From the IMG/VR virus record IMGVR_UViG_3300025357_000001: DNA of 20,000 nucleotides, one strand, 5' to 3'. Shown one piece after another: positions 1-7,700 of the stretch. The position numbers and the translations under genes were made by a program. Within the stretch, counting starts at the first letter, position 1, and each line of letters begins with the position of its first letter. This DNA is from an uncultured virus (IMG/VR IMGVR_UViG_3300025357_000001) (lineage: Duplodnaviria > Heunggongvirae > Uroviricota > Caudoviricetes). A model generated the notes under the pieces. That model was not told the DNA's origin. It did no database searches and saw nothing but the letters and a program-made list of their open reading frames with translations.

Positions 1-2
1 GT

Positions 3-476
3 TTCTCTTATGCCAATGTTTTCCAACCAAAAGCATCGGTCGAAGGTGGCGTTCCTAAGTACTCCGTATCTATCATCATTCCTAAGTCTGATAAAGATAC
101 AGTTGCTCGTTTACAAAAAGCATTTGAAGAAACCAAAACTGCCAATGCAGCTTTCTTCGGTGGTTCAGTACCTAAGAACCTCAAAGGCGGTTTGCGTGAT
201 GGCGATGCAGAGAAGGATGATCCAGTATATGCTGGTTGCTACTTCATTAACGCAAACTCTGCTCAGAAGCCCGGTGTTGTTGATTCTGAAATGAATCCAA
301 TCATCGACTCTGATGAGTTTTACAGCGGTTGCTATGGTCGTGCTTCAGTAACATTCTACCCATACAATGCACAAGGTTCTAAGGGTATTGCATGCGGTTT
401 GAATAACCTACAGAAGATGGAAGATGGAGAGAAATTGGGCGGCGGCACAACTGCTGCAGCTGATTTCGCGGTGTAA
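3..476 (+). CDS. DUF2815-family phage single-stranded DNA-binding protein (5'-truncated by the window edge)
   Basis: Frame 3 is open from position 3 (FSYANVFQPK...PKYSVSIIIPKSD...LRDGDAEK...FINANS...P.VVD...FYSGCYGRASVTFYPYN..GSKGIACGLNNLQKMEDGEKLGG...DF). These motifs are typical of DUF2815. The track ORF 192..476 is only the C-terminal part. Confidence 0.9.
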   Translation, partial: FSYANVFQPKASVEGGVPKYSVSIIIPKSDKDTVARLQKAFEETKTANAAFFGGSVPKNLKGGLRDGDAEKDDPVYAGCYFINANSAQKPGVVDSEMNPIIDSDEFYSGCYGRASVTFYPYNAQGSKGIACGLNNLQKMEDGEKLGGGTTAAADFAV

Positions 477-478
477 TC

Positions 479-616
479 ATGGAACAGTTTAAAGCCCAAT
501 TACTCGCATTTTTGACCAAAGTTCTTGGTCCAAAATATCCAGCTTTTCCAGTAAAAAGAGCAGCACGGAAACCAGCAGTAAAGAAGTCGGTTTCTAAGAA
601 AGTAGCAAAGAAGTAA
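479..616 (+). CDS. Small Lys/Ala-rich basic protein, 45 aa (not in the ORF track)
   Basis: ATG at 479, 2 nt after the SSB stop, and TAA at 614-616. Translation: MEQFKAQLLAFLTKVLGPKYPAFPVKRAARKPAVKKSVSKKVAKK. A terminator follows. Confidence 0.7.
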   Translation: MEQFKAQLLAFLTKVLGPKYPAFPVKRAARKPAVKKSVSKKVAKK

Positions 617-634
617 ATCCTTTCATTGTAGTAC

Positions 635-671
635 AAGGGAGTGTCCGTAGAAACTGCGGCCTCCCTTTTTT
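635..671 (+). terminator. Rho-independent terminator
   Basis: AAGGGAG-tgt-CCGTAG-aaa-CTGCGG-c-CTCCCTT forms a bulged hairpin (one G-U pair) running into a T tract (666-671). Confidence 0.8.
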
Positions 672-685
672 ACCCTTAGAACACT

Positions 686-1519
686 ATGCCAAAAATTCTC
701 ATTATGGGTTTGCCCGGTTCTGGTAAGACAACACTAGCTGGCGAACTTAAAAAATATCTCGAGCAAAACGGTTCCATCAATTACAATCGTGCACTTATGG
801 AGCCCTTTGATTCAAACGTACAAGTAAATTGGTTTAATGCTGATGATGTGCGTCGTAAATATAACGACTGGGACTTCAGTAAAGAAGGCCGTATTCGCCA
901 AAGTTTACGCATGTTGCAGTTTGCTATGGAATCTGGTGGCGATTATGTGATCTGTGACTTCGTAGCGCCTTTGGTTGAGCAACGCAATAACTTTAAAGCC
1001 GATTGGACTATCTGGATGGATACCATTCGTGAAGGTCGATACGCAGATACCAACGCAGCATTTGTGGAACCAGAGGTTTACGATTTTAGAATCACAGAAC
1101 AAAATGCAGTAAAGTGGGCTGAGTTCATTGGCGAGCATATTATTGCAAACCGCAGACGACCAACGTTTGATTGGAAAAAAGAAACAGTCCAGATGTTAGG
1201 TCGTTGGCAACCTTGGCACGATGGCCATCGTGCTTTGTTTGATCGAGCTATCAGCAAGACAGGGCAAGTTGTTATTCAGATCCGCGACTGTCAGGGCTGG
1301 CAAGGTAGCAATCCTTTTGCTATCGAGCAAGTTAAGAGTTTTATTCGTAGAGATTTGGATCCGCTGTATCAAGGTCAATACGAAATTCAAATCGTACCAA
1401 ATATTGTTAACATCACTTATGGTCGTGATGTCGGTTATAAAATTGAGAAGGAGGAGTTTGATAAAACAGTAACAGATATTAGCGCAACCAAAATTAGAAA
1501 GAATTTAGGAATTGCCTAA
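686..1519 (+). CDS. Fusion of an adenylyl-sulfate (APS) kinase-like P-loop domain and an HxGH nucleotidyltransferase (cytidyltransferase-like) domain
   Basis: The N-terminal part has GLPGSGKTT, NADDVR, DWDFSKEGRIRQ, FVAP and FVEP, matching CysC GLSGSGKST, DGDxxR, DLGFSxxDR, FISP and YExP. The C-terminal part has GRWQPWHDGH, YGRDVG and ISATKIR. Confidence 0.85.
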   Translation: MPKILIMGLPGSGKTTLAGELKKYLEQNGSINYNRALMEPFDSNVQVNWFNADDVRRKYNDWDFSKEGRIRQSLRMLQFAMESGGDYVICDFVAPLVEQRNNFKADWTIWMDTIREGRYADTNAAFVEPEVYDFRITEQNAVKWAEFIGEHIIANRRRPTFDWKKETVQMLGRWQPWHDGHRALFDRAISKTGQVVIQIRDCQGWQGSNPFAIEQVKSFIRRDLDPLYQGQYEIQIVPNIVNITYGRDVGYKIEKEEFDKTVTDISATKIRKNLGIA

Positions 1520-1703
1520 GATATTGATTAAAACGCTGACTTGGCGTTTAGTGGGATCTCTTTCTACTTTTTCAATATCTTACGTTATTACTGGACAGAT
1601 GCTTATGTCCAGTAATATAGCAATAACCCAAATGGCAGTAAACACCGTTTTATACTATCTGCACGAAACTGTGTGGGTAAAATTTAATCAACCATATAAC
1701 TAG
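1512..1703 (+). CDS. DUF2061-family small membrane protein
   Basis: KTLTWRLVG...YVITG...IA...NTVLYYLHETVW signature with two hydrophobic segments. TTG start preceded by AGGA; overlaps the upstream stop. Confidence 0.8.
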   Translation: MPKILIKTLTWRLVGSLSTFSISYVITGQMLMSSNIAITQMAVNTVLYYLHETVWVKFNQPYN

Positions 1704-1712
1704 AAAGACACC

Positions 1713-3587
1713 ATGGATCAGTACAGAGAATACATTGCAGCCAGCCGTTATGCCCGTTACATTGACGAAAAAGGTCAACGTGAAAACTGGGGAGAAACAG
1801 TTGACCGCTTTGTTGACTACATTTTTAGTCGTACACCAGCCCTAGCTGAAAAAGCAGAATTGAAAACCGAAATTCGTAGTGCTATTTTTAACCATGAAGT
1901 TATGCCGTCCATGCGCGCCATGATGACGGCAGGAAAGAGTGCCGATCGTGATAACACCTGTGTCTATAATTGCTCGTATCTCCCAGTGGATGACCCCAAA
2001 AGCTTTGACGAAGCGATGTTCATTTTGCTTTGCGGAACTGGTGTTGGATTCTCAGTTGAATCCAAGTACATTAACCGTTTGCCCGAAGTGCCAGAAAACT
2101 TGTTTGATTCAGAGCACACCATCGTCGTACACGACAGCAAAGAAGGATGGGCAAAAAGCCTACGTTTACTTCTCGCGCATTTGTGGGCAGGAGAAATTCC
2201 AAGATGGGATGTATCTGCTGTCAGACCTGCCGGAGCACGACTCAAAACATTTGGTGGAAGAGCTTCCGGGCCAGAACCATTAGTAGATTTATTTAACTTT
2301 ACTGTTAACACTTTTAAACATGCACAAGGTCGCAAGCTAAACAGCTTAGAGTGTCACGACTTGATGTGCAAAATTGGTGAGGTAGTTGTGGTCGGTGGTG
2401 TACGCCGCTCTGCAATGATCTCGTTATCTGATCTTGATGATGAAAGGATTCGTCATGCTAAAGCTGGACCATGGTGGGAAACAGCACCTCATCGTGCACT
2501 CGCCAACAACAGTGCGGTTTATAATGAGACTCCTACGGTGGGGAAATTTATGGAAGAGTGGCTCTCGCTATATAACTCCCACTCTGGTGAACGGGGAATA
2601 TTTAATCGTGAAGCCGCTAAAAAAACCGTGGAGAAATACGGACACCGTGATCCTAATTTCGAATTTGGAACAAATCCGTGCTCTGAAATCATTCTTCGAC
2701 CTTATCAATTTTGCAATTTAACAGAAGCGGTGGTAAGACATGACGATACTAAAGAGACCCTTTTGTCTAAAGTACGCGTGGCCACGATACTCGGAACAAT
2801 ACAATCAACTTTTACCAAATTCCCTTATTTGCGTAAACTGTGGCAAAGAAATACGGAAGAGGAAAGATTACTCGGTGTGTCGCTTACAGGAATCTTTGAT
2901 AGCACAAGACTATGTACTCAAGGAGAAAAACTAGATGAATTACTCAACGAATTACGCGAAGTTGCAAGAGCAACAAATAAAGAATGGGCTGCAATTTTAC
3001 AAATCCCTGAAAGCGCAGCCATCACTTGCGTCAAACCAAGCGGAACAGTATCTCAGCTCGTTGACAGCGCTAGTGGAATCCATCCAAGACATTCTAAATA
3101 CTATATCCGTAGAGTGCGTGGAGACAAAAAAGATCCCCTCAGCCAATTCTTGGTCGCCCAAGGAGTGCCAGCCGAAGACTGCGTTTACAAGCCAACACAA
3201 ACAACAGTTTTTAGCTTCCCTCAAAAAGCACCTGATGGACTTACAAGAGAAGACGTTACGCCAATCAGCCACCTTGAACTCTGGCTTACCTATCAAAGAC
3301 AATGGTGTGAGCACAAACCCTCAGTCACCATCTCTGTCGAAGAAAAGGATTGGCCGGCGGTTGGAGCGTGGGTTTGGGAACACTTCGACGAGATCTCTGG
3401 AGTTTCGTTCCTACCGTATGACGGTGGAACTTATAGACAGGCTCCGTATGAAGAGTGCACCCAAGAACAATACGAAGAGTTAAAGGCCAAAATGCCTGTA
3501 ATTAATTGGTCTGCATTTAAAGAAGAAACAGACAACGTAGAGGGCGCGCAGATGTTAGCATGTTCTGCCGGTGTCTGTGAGATCTGA
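1713..3587 (+). CDS. nrdJ: Class II adenosylcobalamin-dependent ribonucleotide reductase (monomeric RTPR-like, no ATP cone)
   Basis: Motifs RENWGETVDR, PSMR, YNCSY, GTGVGFS, GGVRRSA, GTNPCSEI, TCVKPSGTVS, EHKPSVTI and YRQAPYE, plus the C-terminal redox Cys pair CSAGVCEI. Confidence 0.95.
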   Translation: MDQYREYIAASRYARYIDEKGQRENWGETVDRFVDYIFSRTPALAEKAELKTEIRSAIFNHEVMPSMRAMMTAGKSADRDNTCVYNCSYLPVDDPKSFDEAMFILLCGTGVGFSVESKYINRLPEVPENLFDSEHTIVVHDSKEGWAKSLRLLLAHLWAGEIPRWDVSAVRPAGARLKTFGGRASGPEPLVDLFNFTVNTFKHAQGRKLNSLECHDLMCKIGEVVVVGGVRRSAMISLSDLDDERIRHAKAGPWWETAPHRALANNSAVYNETPTVGKFMEEWLSLYNSHSGERGIFNREAAKKTVEKYGHRDPNFEFGTNPCSEIILRPYQFCNLTEAVVRHDDTKETLLSKVRVATILGTIQSTFTKFPYLRKLWQRNTEEERLLGVSLTGIFDSTRLCTQGEKLDELLNELREVARATNKEWAAILQIPESAAITCVKPSGTVSQLVDSASGIHPRHSKYYIRRVRGDKKDPLSQFLVAQGVPAEDCVYKPTQTTVFSFPQKAPDGLTREDVTPISHLELWLTYQRQWCEHKPSVTISVEEKDWPAVGAWVWEHFDEISGVSFLPYDGGTYRQAPYEECTQEQYEELKAKMPVINWSAFKEETDNVEGAQMLACSAGVCEI

Positions 3588-3590
3588 CCC

Positions 3591-3785
3591 ATGGGCTTGT
3601 CCCCCATTAAACCTTATGAATTGGAACCTAGCTTGGATGTGGAAGTCAAATCTCCCTGCAACGGTATCTGTCGCCTCGACTTTTTTGACATATGTAAAGG
3701 ATGCAAACGAACCCGGGCGGAGATTTCTAAATGGTATGCTATGTCCAACGATGAGAAAAACGCAGTAATCAACAGACTTAAATAG
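3591..3785 (+). CDS. DUF1289-family small Cys-rich (predicted Fe-S) protein
   Basis: SPCNGICRLD...ICKGCKRTRAEISKW..MS.DEK signature. The true start may be a later codon (e.g. GTG near 3639). Confidence 0.85.
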   Translation: MGLSPIKPYELEPSLDVEVKSPCNGICRLDFFDICKGCKRTRAEISKWYAMSNDEKNAVINRLK

Positions 3786-3803
3786 ATGACATGGTGGTGA
3801 CTT

Positions 3804-3831
3804 GGGGCGGCTTGTACAGCGCCCCTTTTTT
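3804..3831 (+). terminator. Rho-independent terminator
   Basis: GGGGCG-gcttgtacag-CGCCCC followed by TTTTTT, downstream of DUF1289. Confidence 0.8.
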
Positions 3832-3841
3832 ATGCTACACT
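3812..3841 (+). promoter_or_regulatory. Candidate sigma70-type promoter for the DNA polymerase gene
   Basis: TTGTAC (3812-3817), an 18-nt spacer and an extended -10 TGcTACACT (3833-3841). RBS AGGAG at 3872-3876. Confidence 0.45.
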
Positions 3842-3881
3842 ACCTGTTCCGCCGATACGTCGGCTTGCCATAGGAGCACTT

Positions 3882-5813
3882 ATGATTTACAGCATTGACT
3901 TTGAGACCCGCAGTAAGGCCAACCTACCCGATGTAGGCTTGGACATCTACGCCAACGACCCCACAACAGAAGTGTTGTGTATTGCGTTCGGCACCCAACC
4001 TGACGATGTGTTAGTAACCGACAAAGTTAATAACCCACACTACGGGCATTTTTTATCTAAATTATTAGACCATGTTGCCAACGGTGGCAAAATCCAAGCA
4101 TGGAACGCCATGTTCGAGTACGCCATCTGGAACTGCGTCTGTGTGCCTAAGTACGGTTGGCCGCCACTAAAGCTCGAGCAGGTGATTGACTCGATGGCCA
4201 TAGCAGCAGCCAACAACGTGCCACAGTCTCTTGATGAGGCCGGTACCTTTATGGATGCCGCCCATAAAAAAGACGCCATAGGCGCCCGTTTGATTCAAAA
4301 GTTATGTAAACCCAATAGGAAAGGAGAGTATGAAGATGATCCAGAGTTACTCGCCCAGTTATTTAAGTACTGTGCCCAAGACGTTAGAACTGAAATGGCA
4401 ATCGTCAGGCTCCTGCGTCCCCTTGCAGCCTCTGAGCAGAATGTATGGGAGCTTACACAACGGATTAACCTGCGTGGTGTGCCAGTGGATCCAAACGAGC
4501 TCCAGAACGCCGTAAAAGCAGTCGGTGAGGCTCAGGCCTTAATTGATGAGGAATGCGTCTCCTTGACCGGTTTTAAGCCGTCTGAGAGGGCTAAATTGTT
4601 GAGTTGGTTAAATCAATATCTAACAGAGCCACTAGATGATTTGACCGCAGAGACCGTTGAAAAAATGCTGCAACGCAGCAATTTAAAGCAACCCATAAAG
4701 CGTGTGTTAGAGTTAAGACAAGAAGGAAGCCAGACTAGCGTGGCTAAGTACGCTAAGATGATGGAGATACAACGAGATGGTCGTATTAGAAATACTTTGG
4801 TTTATCACGGTGCGAGTACTGGTCGCTGGGCTTCTCGCGGTGGACTTAATCTTCAGAACATTGCACGACCTACTTTGGGCGATGAACAAATTGCACTTGC
4901 GATACCTAAAGTTTTTGGGGAAGGTGTTGGTACGATGGACGAGTTATCCAGCTTGGTGCGTTCCGCTATTAGTGCGCCAGATGGACAAACCTTCGTGGAC
5001 GTCGATTTTTCATCCATCGAGAATAGGGTCGGCGTTTGGCTTGCGGGACAAAAAGACAAAGTCGAGTTGTTCCGGAAAGGATTAGATGAGTATAAAGTCT
5101 TCGCTTCAGAAAGCTTATATCAAGTCGATTATGATCAAGTCACGAAGGATCAACGTCAGGTATCAAAATCAGCTGTCCTCGGTGCGATGTTTGGTCAAGG
5201 TGCTAAAGGTCTTGTTAGGTATGCTGAAGGGATGGGTGTCAAACTTAGTGAAGAGCAAGCCCAAGACGCGGTAAGTAATTACCGAAAGTCCTATGCCAAA
5301 GTAAAGAATCTTTGGTATGAGTGTGAGGCTGCTGCAATTGAGGCAGTACGTAATGAAGGTACTGCGTTTGAGGCGGGGAAAAGATTGCGGATTAAGTGCG
5401 CCAAGAAGGTGCTACACATGACATTACCGAGCGGTAGGATTATCCGTTGGCAAGAGCCCAAGGTCGATTTGTTCCCAACTCCATGGGGTGAAGAGAAACT
5501 TGGCATCAGTGTCAGGAGTCAAAACACTTTCACTCGGCAGTGGACTAATAACCAGCTTATTGGTAGTAGCATCTTCCAATCCGCTGTTCAGGGTACGGCT
5601 CGCGATTTCTTGGCGTTTGCTATGATAGAGCTCGAGCGAGCTGGCTATGAGATTATTAACTGCATCCATGACGAGGTGCTGCTCCTAGTGGAAGAACAAA
5701 ACGGGCAGTCCGCGCTAGATAATGTAGTTACAATAATGACTACACCACCAGCATGGGCTGCCGATTTTCCTCTTGCTGCCGAGGGGTGGCATGGAAAACG
5801 TTACAGGAAGTGA
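3882..5813 (+). CDS. polA: Phage family A DNA polymerase with 3'-5' exonuclease domain
   Basis: ExoI SIDFETRS, ExoII AWNAMFE, ExoIII YCAQDV; TGRWAS..LNLQNI; motif A DFSSIENR; motif B RQVSKSAVLGAMFG; VQGTARD; motif C IHDEV. AGGAG RBS. Confidence 0.95.
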   Translation: MIYSIDFETRSKANLPDVGLDIYANDPTTEVLCIAFGTQPDDVLVTDKVNNPHYGHFLSKLLDHVANGGKIQAWNAMFEYAIWNCVCVPKYGWPPLKLEQVIDSMAIAAANNVPQSLDEAGTFMDAAHKKDAIGARLIQKLCKPNRKGEYEDDPELLAQLFKYCAQDVRTEMAIVRLLRPLAASEQNVWELTQRINLRGVPVDPNELQNAVKAVGEAQALIDEECVSLTGFKPSERAKLLSWLNQYLTEPLDDLTAETVEKMLQRSNLKQPIKRVLELRQEGSQTSVAKYAKMMEIQRDGRIRNTLVYHGASTGRWASRGGLNLQNIARPTLGDEQIALAIPKVFGEGVGTMDELSSLVRSAISAPDGQTFVDVDFSSIENRVGVWLAGQKDKVELFRKGLDEYKVFASESLYQVDYDQVTKDQRQVSKSAVLGAMFGQGAKGLVRYAEGMGVKLSEEQAQDAVSNYRKSYAKVKNLWYECEAAAIEAVRNEGTAFEAGKRLRIKCAKKVLHMTLPSGRIIRWQEPKVDLFPTPWGEEKLGISVRSQNTFTRQWTNNQLIGSSIFQSAVQGTARDFLAFAMIELERAGYEIINCIHDEVLLLVEEQNGQSALDNVVTIMTTPPAWAADFPLAAEGWHGKRYRK

Positions 5814-7700
5814 TTACTTCTCAAACAAAGTTTTTAATATGTCCAATGCAGAGTTTGCATAGCTTTGGTCGGAGTGTTTGTTAACCTCAGCAGCATCACG
5901 CATCTTTTGCATAGCTTTTAAAAAACCAGACCGTTTGTCTTCATCTTGAGCCATCATTTTAGGTTCAAGGGGGCGAACAGTTTGGTGGTAGTAATTTAAT
6001 TGCTCTGGGGTTTGTAATACTGCTTTACCAACTTTGGTATCAGCAAAACGCTGACCACGTGGCAATGCAGCCTCAACACCAGCAAAGTCAGCAAAGCGCT
6101 CATCAGAAGGAACATGGCGGCTATTAGCATATCCACCTAAATCACTAGAGTATTTACTTTCGCGATCAACACCCTGCATAAACTTTTGGAAGTTTTCTTC
6201 TATTGCTTTTCTAGTATCACTAGCGCCAGCACCAGCTGACTGTCTTTCTAAAGCTTGCAAAAAAGAATCATTTTTAGAATCGTTGCGTTTGGCAATATCA
6301 GCATCGTGTTCTTGACTATGCTGGGCTTCGTGACCCAACACTTGAGCACCTTGATGTGGGCCTGTCATGTATGGAGCAACATAAACTTTTGATGGTTCTT
6401 GCCAACGATATAAACCTAAAGCACCTTCACCGACATCTGGCATAGATGCATTAATTTCTTTTACACCTTTAGTGTAATTAGGATCGCTAAGGTTAATACC
6501 TTTTGCCAAAGCTTGGTCTAGGTTATTTTTAACATCCCAAACAGCATTTTCGCTACCAGTGATTTCTGGCAAATCAGATGTGCTTTTGCCACCAGCTAGA
6601 TGAGCTAGACCACCTTTGCGTAAATGAACAAACTTGGCAAACTTTGGATGAGACTTGGCAAACTCATCTAAATAAGAGTTTGCCACAGGAGCTGCAATAC
6701 CAGCAGCGCCGCCAATAATCATGGCTTGTGGGATGCGTGTCATAGAAGCAACATCACCAGCAGCACCAAGGCCAGAAATCAAACCACGAATGTACTGACC
6801 TTGCTTTGCACGTTGGTAGGCATCATGTGCCCCTACGCCGGCTCCAAAGCCTCCTACAGCGCGTAATGCGAGGTTAGCATAGGGTAGCCCTGTCACACCT
6901 TTTGCAACCTTACCAGCGGCCTCTACAGCAGGCGAGGAGGCTAATTGTCCAAGCTTAGATTCTGCAATGGCTTGTTTGATTGCATTGATTGGGGTATCTT
7001 TTAAACTAGCAGCTTTTGCTAATCTTTCTGCGCGAGTTGCACCAGCAGCTGCGCCAGCTTCTTGAGCACCAACAGCAGCTTCTCTGGCGGCATCTCTAGC
7101 AGCACGTTTCATAGCCCATTCTTGTTCAGCTTGTTTAGCTGCTTGATCTTTGGCGGTTTGATTAGCTACATCGGTAGGTTGCAAAATCAAACTGTTGCCC
7201 GGAGCAGTAAAACCTTTGGTCTCTAAAGCCGCTTGGTCAACTGCATTTTTAAGAATCTGATCTACGTTATGAGTTGCATTTTTAACCGCGCCCTGACCAG
7301 CACCATAAGGACTAAAATATTCACCAGCTTGTGGTGCAATGGTTGGGTTTACTGGCGGGGCAGTTGGAGCAGTAGGTTTAATATCTTGTGCTGCAGACAT
7401 TAAATTCTGAGTTACACGATCACCAACCACCTCTGGTGTGGCAAATGTTTTAGCAGGGTTTGGTGTAAAAGCTTCTGCAATCTTAGGAGCGTTTGCTTCT
7501 AATGCTTTGCCGCCACCAAAAGTAGCCGCACCACTTCCAATTAAGCCCGGAATAAAACTGCTAGTTGGCTGATAAGGCTTTTCCGCTGGCGCATGTTTTG
7601 GCATGGTGTCCAAGTAGGAACGAAGCCTATTAACGGACTCAGTATCACCAGCAGCATCAGCTTGCCTTATGGCTTCATAAATTTCGTTATTGTCGGCCAT
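5814..7700 (-). CDS. Probable internal virion/ejection protein with a C-terminal HExxH zinc-peptidase-like domain
   Basis: Last gene of the late arm. Ala/Gly-rich helical N-terminal half with Gly-rich hydrophobic segments; VLGHEAQHSQEH (HEAQH at 6332-6318) with downstream DERFADF. TAATG coupling to the upstream gene. Confidence 0.6.
   Translation of the reverse strand: MADNNEIYEAIRQADAAGDTESVNRLRSYLDTMPKHAPAEKPYQPTSSFIPGLIGSGAATFGGGKALEANAPKIAEAFTPNPAKTFATPEVVGDRVTQNLMSAAQDIKPTAPTAPPVNPTIAPQAGEYFSPYGAGQGAVKNATHNVDQILKNAVDQAALETKGFTAPGNSLILQPTDVANQTAKDQAAKQAEQEWAMKRAARDAAREAAVGAQEAGAAAGATRAERLAKAASLKDTPINAIKQAIAESKLGQLASSPAVEAAGKVAKGVTGLPYANLALRAVGGFGAGVGAHDAYQRAKQGQYIRGLISGLGAAGDVASMTRIPQAMIIGGAAGIAAPVANSYLDEFAKSHPKFAKFVHLRKGGLAHLAGGKSTSDLPEITGSENAVWDVKNNLDQALAKGINLSDPNYTKGVKEINASMPDVGEGALGLYRWQEPSKVYVAPYMTGPHQGAQVLGHEAQHSQEHDADIAKRNDSKNDSFLQALERQSAGAGASDTRKAIEENFQKFMQGVDRESKYSSDLGGYANSRHVPSDERFADFAGVEAALPRGQRFADTKVGKAVLQTPEQLNYYHQTVRPLEPKMMAQDEDKRSGFLKAMQKMRDAAEVNKHSDQSYANSALDILKTLFEK

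Noticed and set aside
10..294. 94-aa + strand ORF from the track
   Set aside because: Out-of-frame shadow of the DUF2815 gene, which is open from position 3 in another frame.
686..1529. Adjacent proteins both begin MPKILI (686 and 1512)
   Set aside because: The DNA differs at most synonymous positions and similarity stops after six residues. Each fits its own family, so this is probably coincidence.
1939..3768. Alternative-frame and antisense ORFs in nrdJ (e.g. 2935..3483, 182 aa; 3571..3768)
   Set aside because: No recognisable motifs; they overlap well-supported genes. nrdJ is uninterrupted, with no sign of an intron or intein.
677..3884. Loose similarity upstream of three early starts (TAGAACACTATG, TAGAAAGACACCATG, TAGGAGCACTTATG)
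   Set aside because: Too short and variably spaced to distinguish from ordinary RBS regions.
4040..5669. Short ORFs nested in or antisense to polA
   Set aside because: Shadow ORFs with no motifs or RBS. polA is continuous and of normal length.
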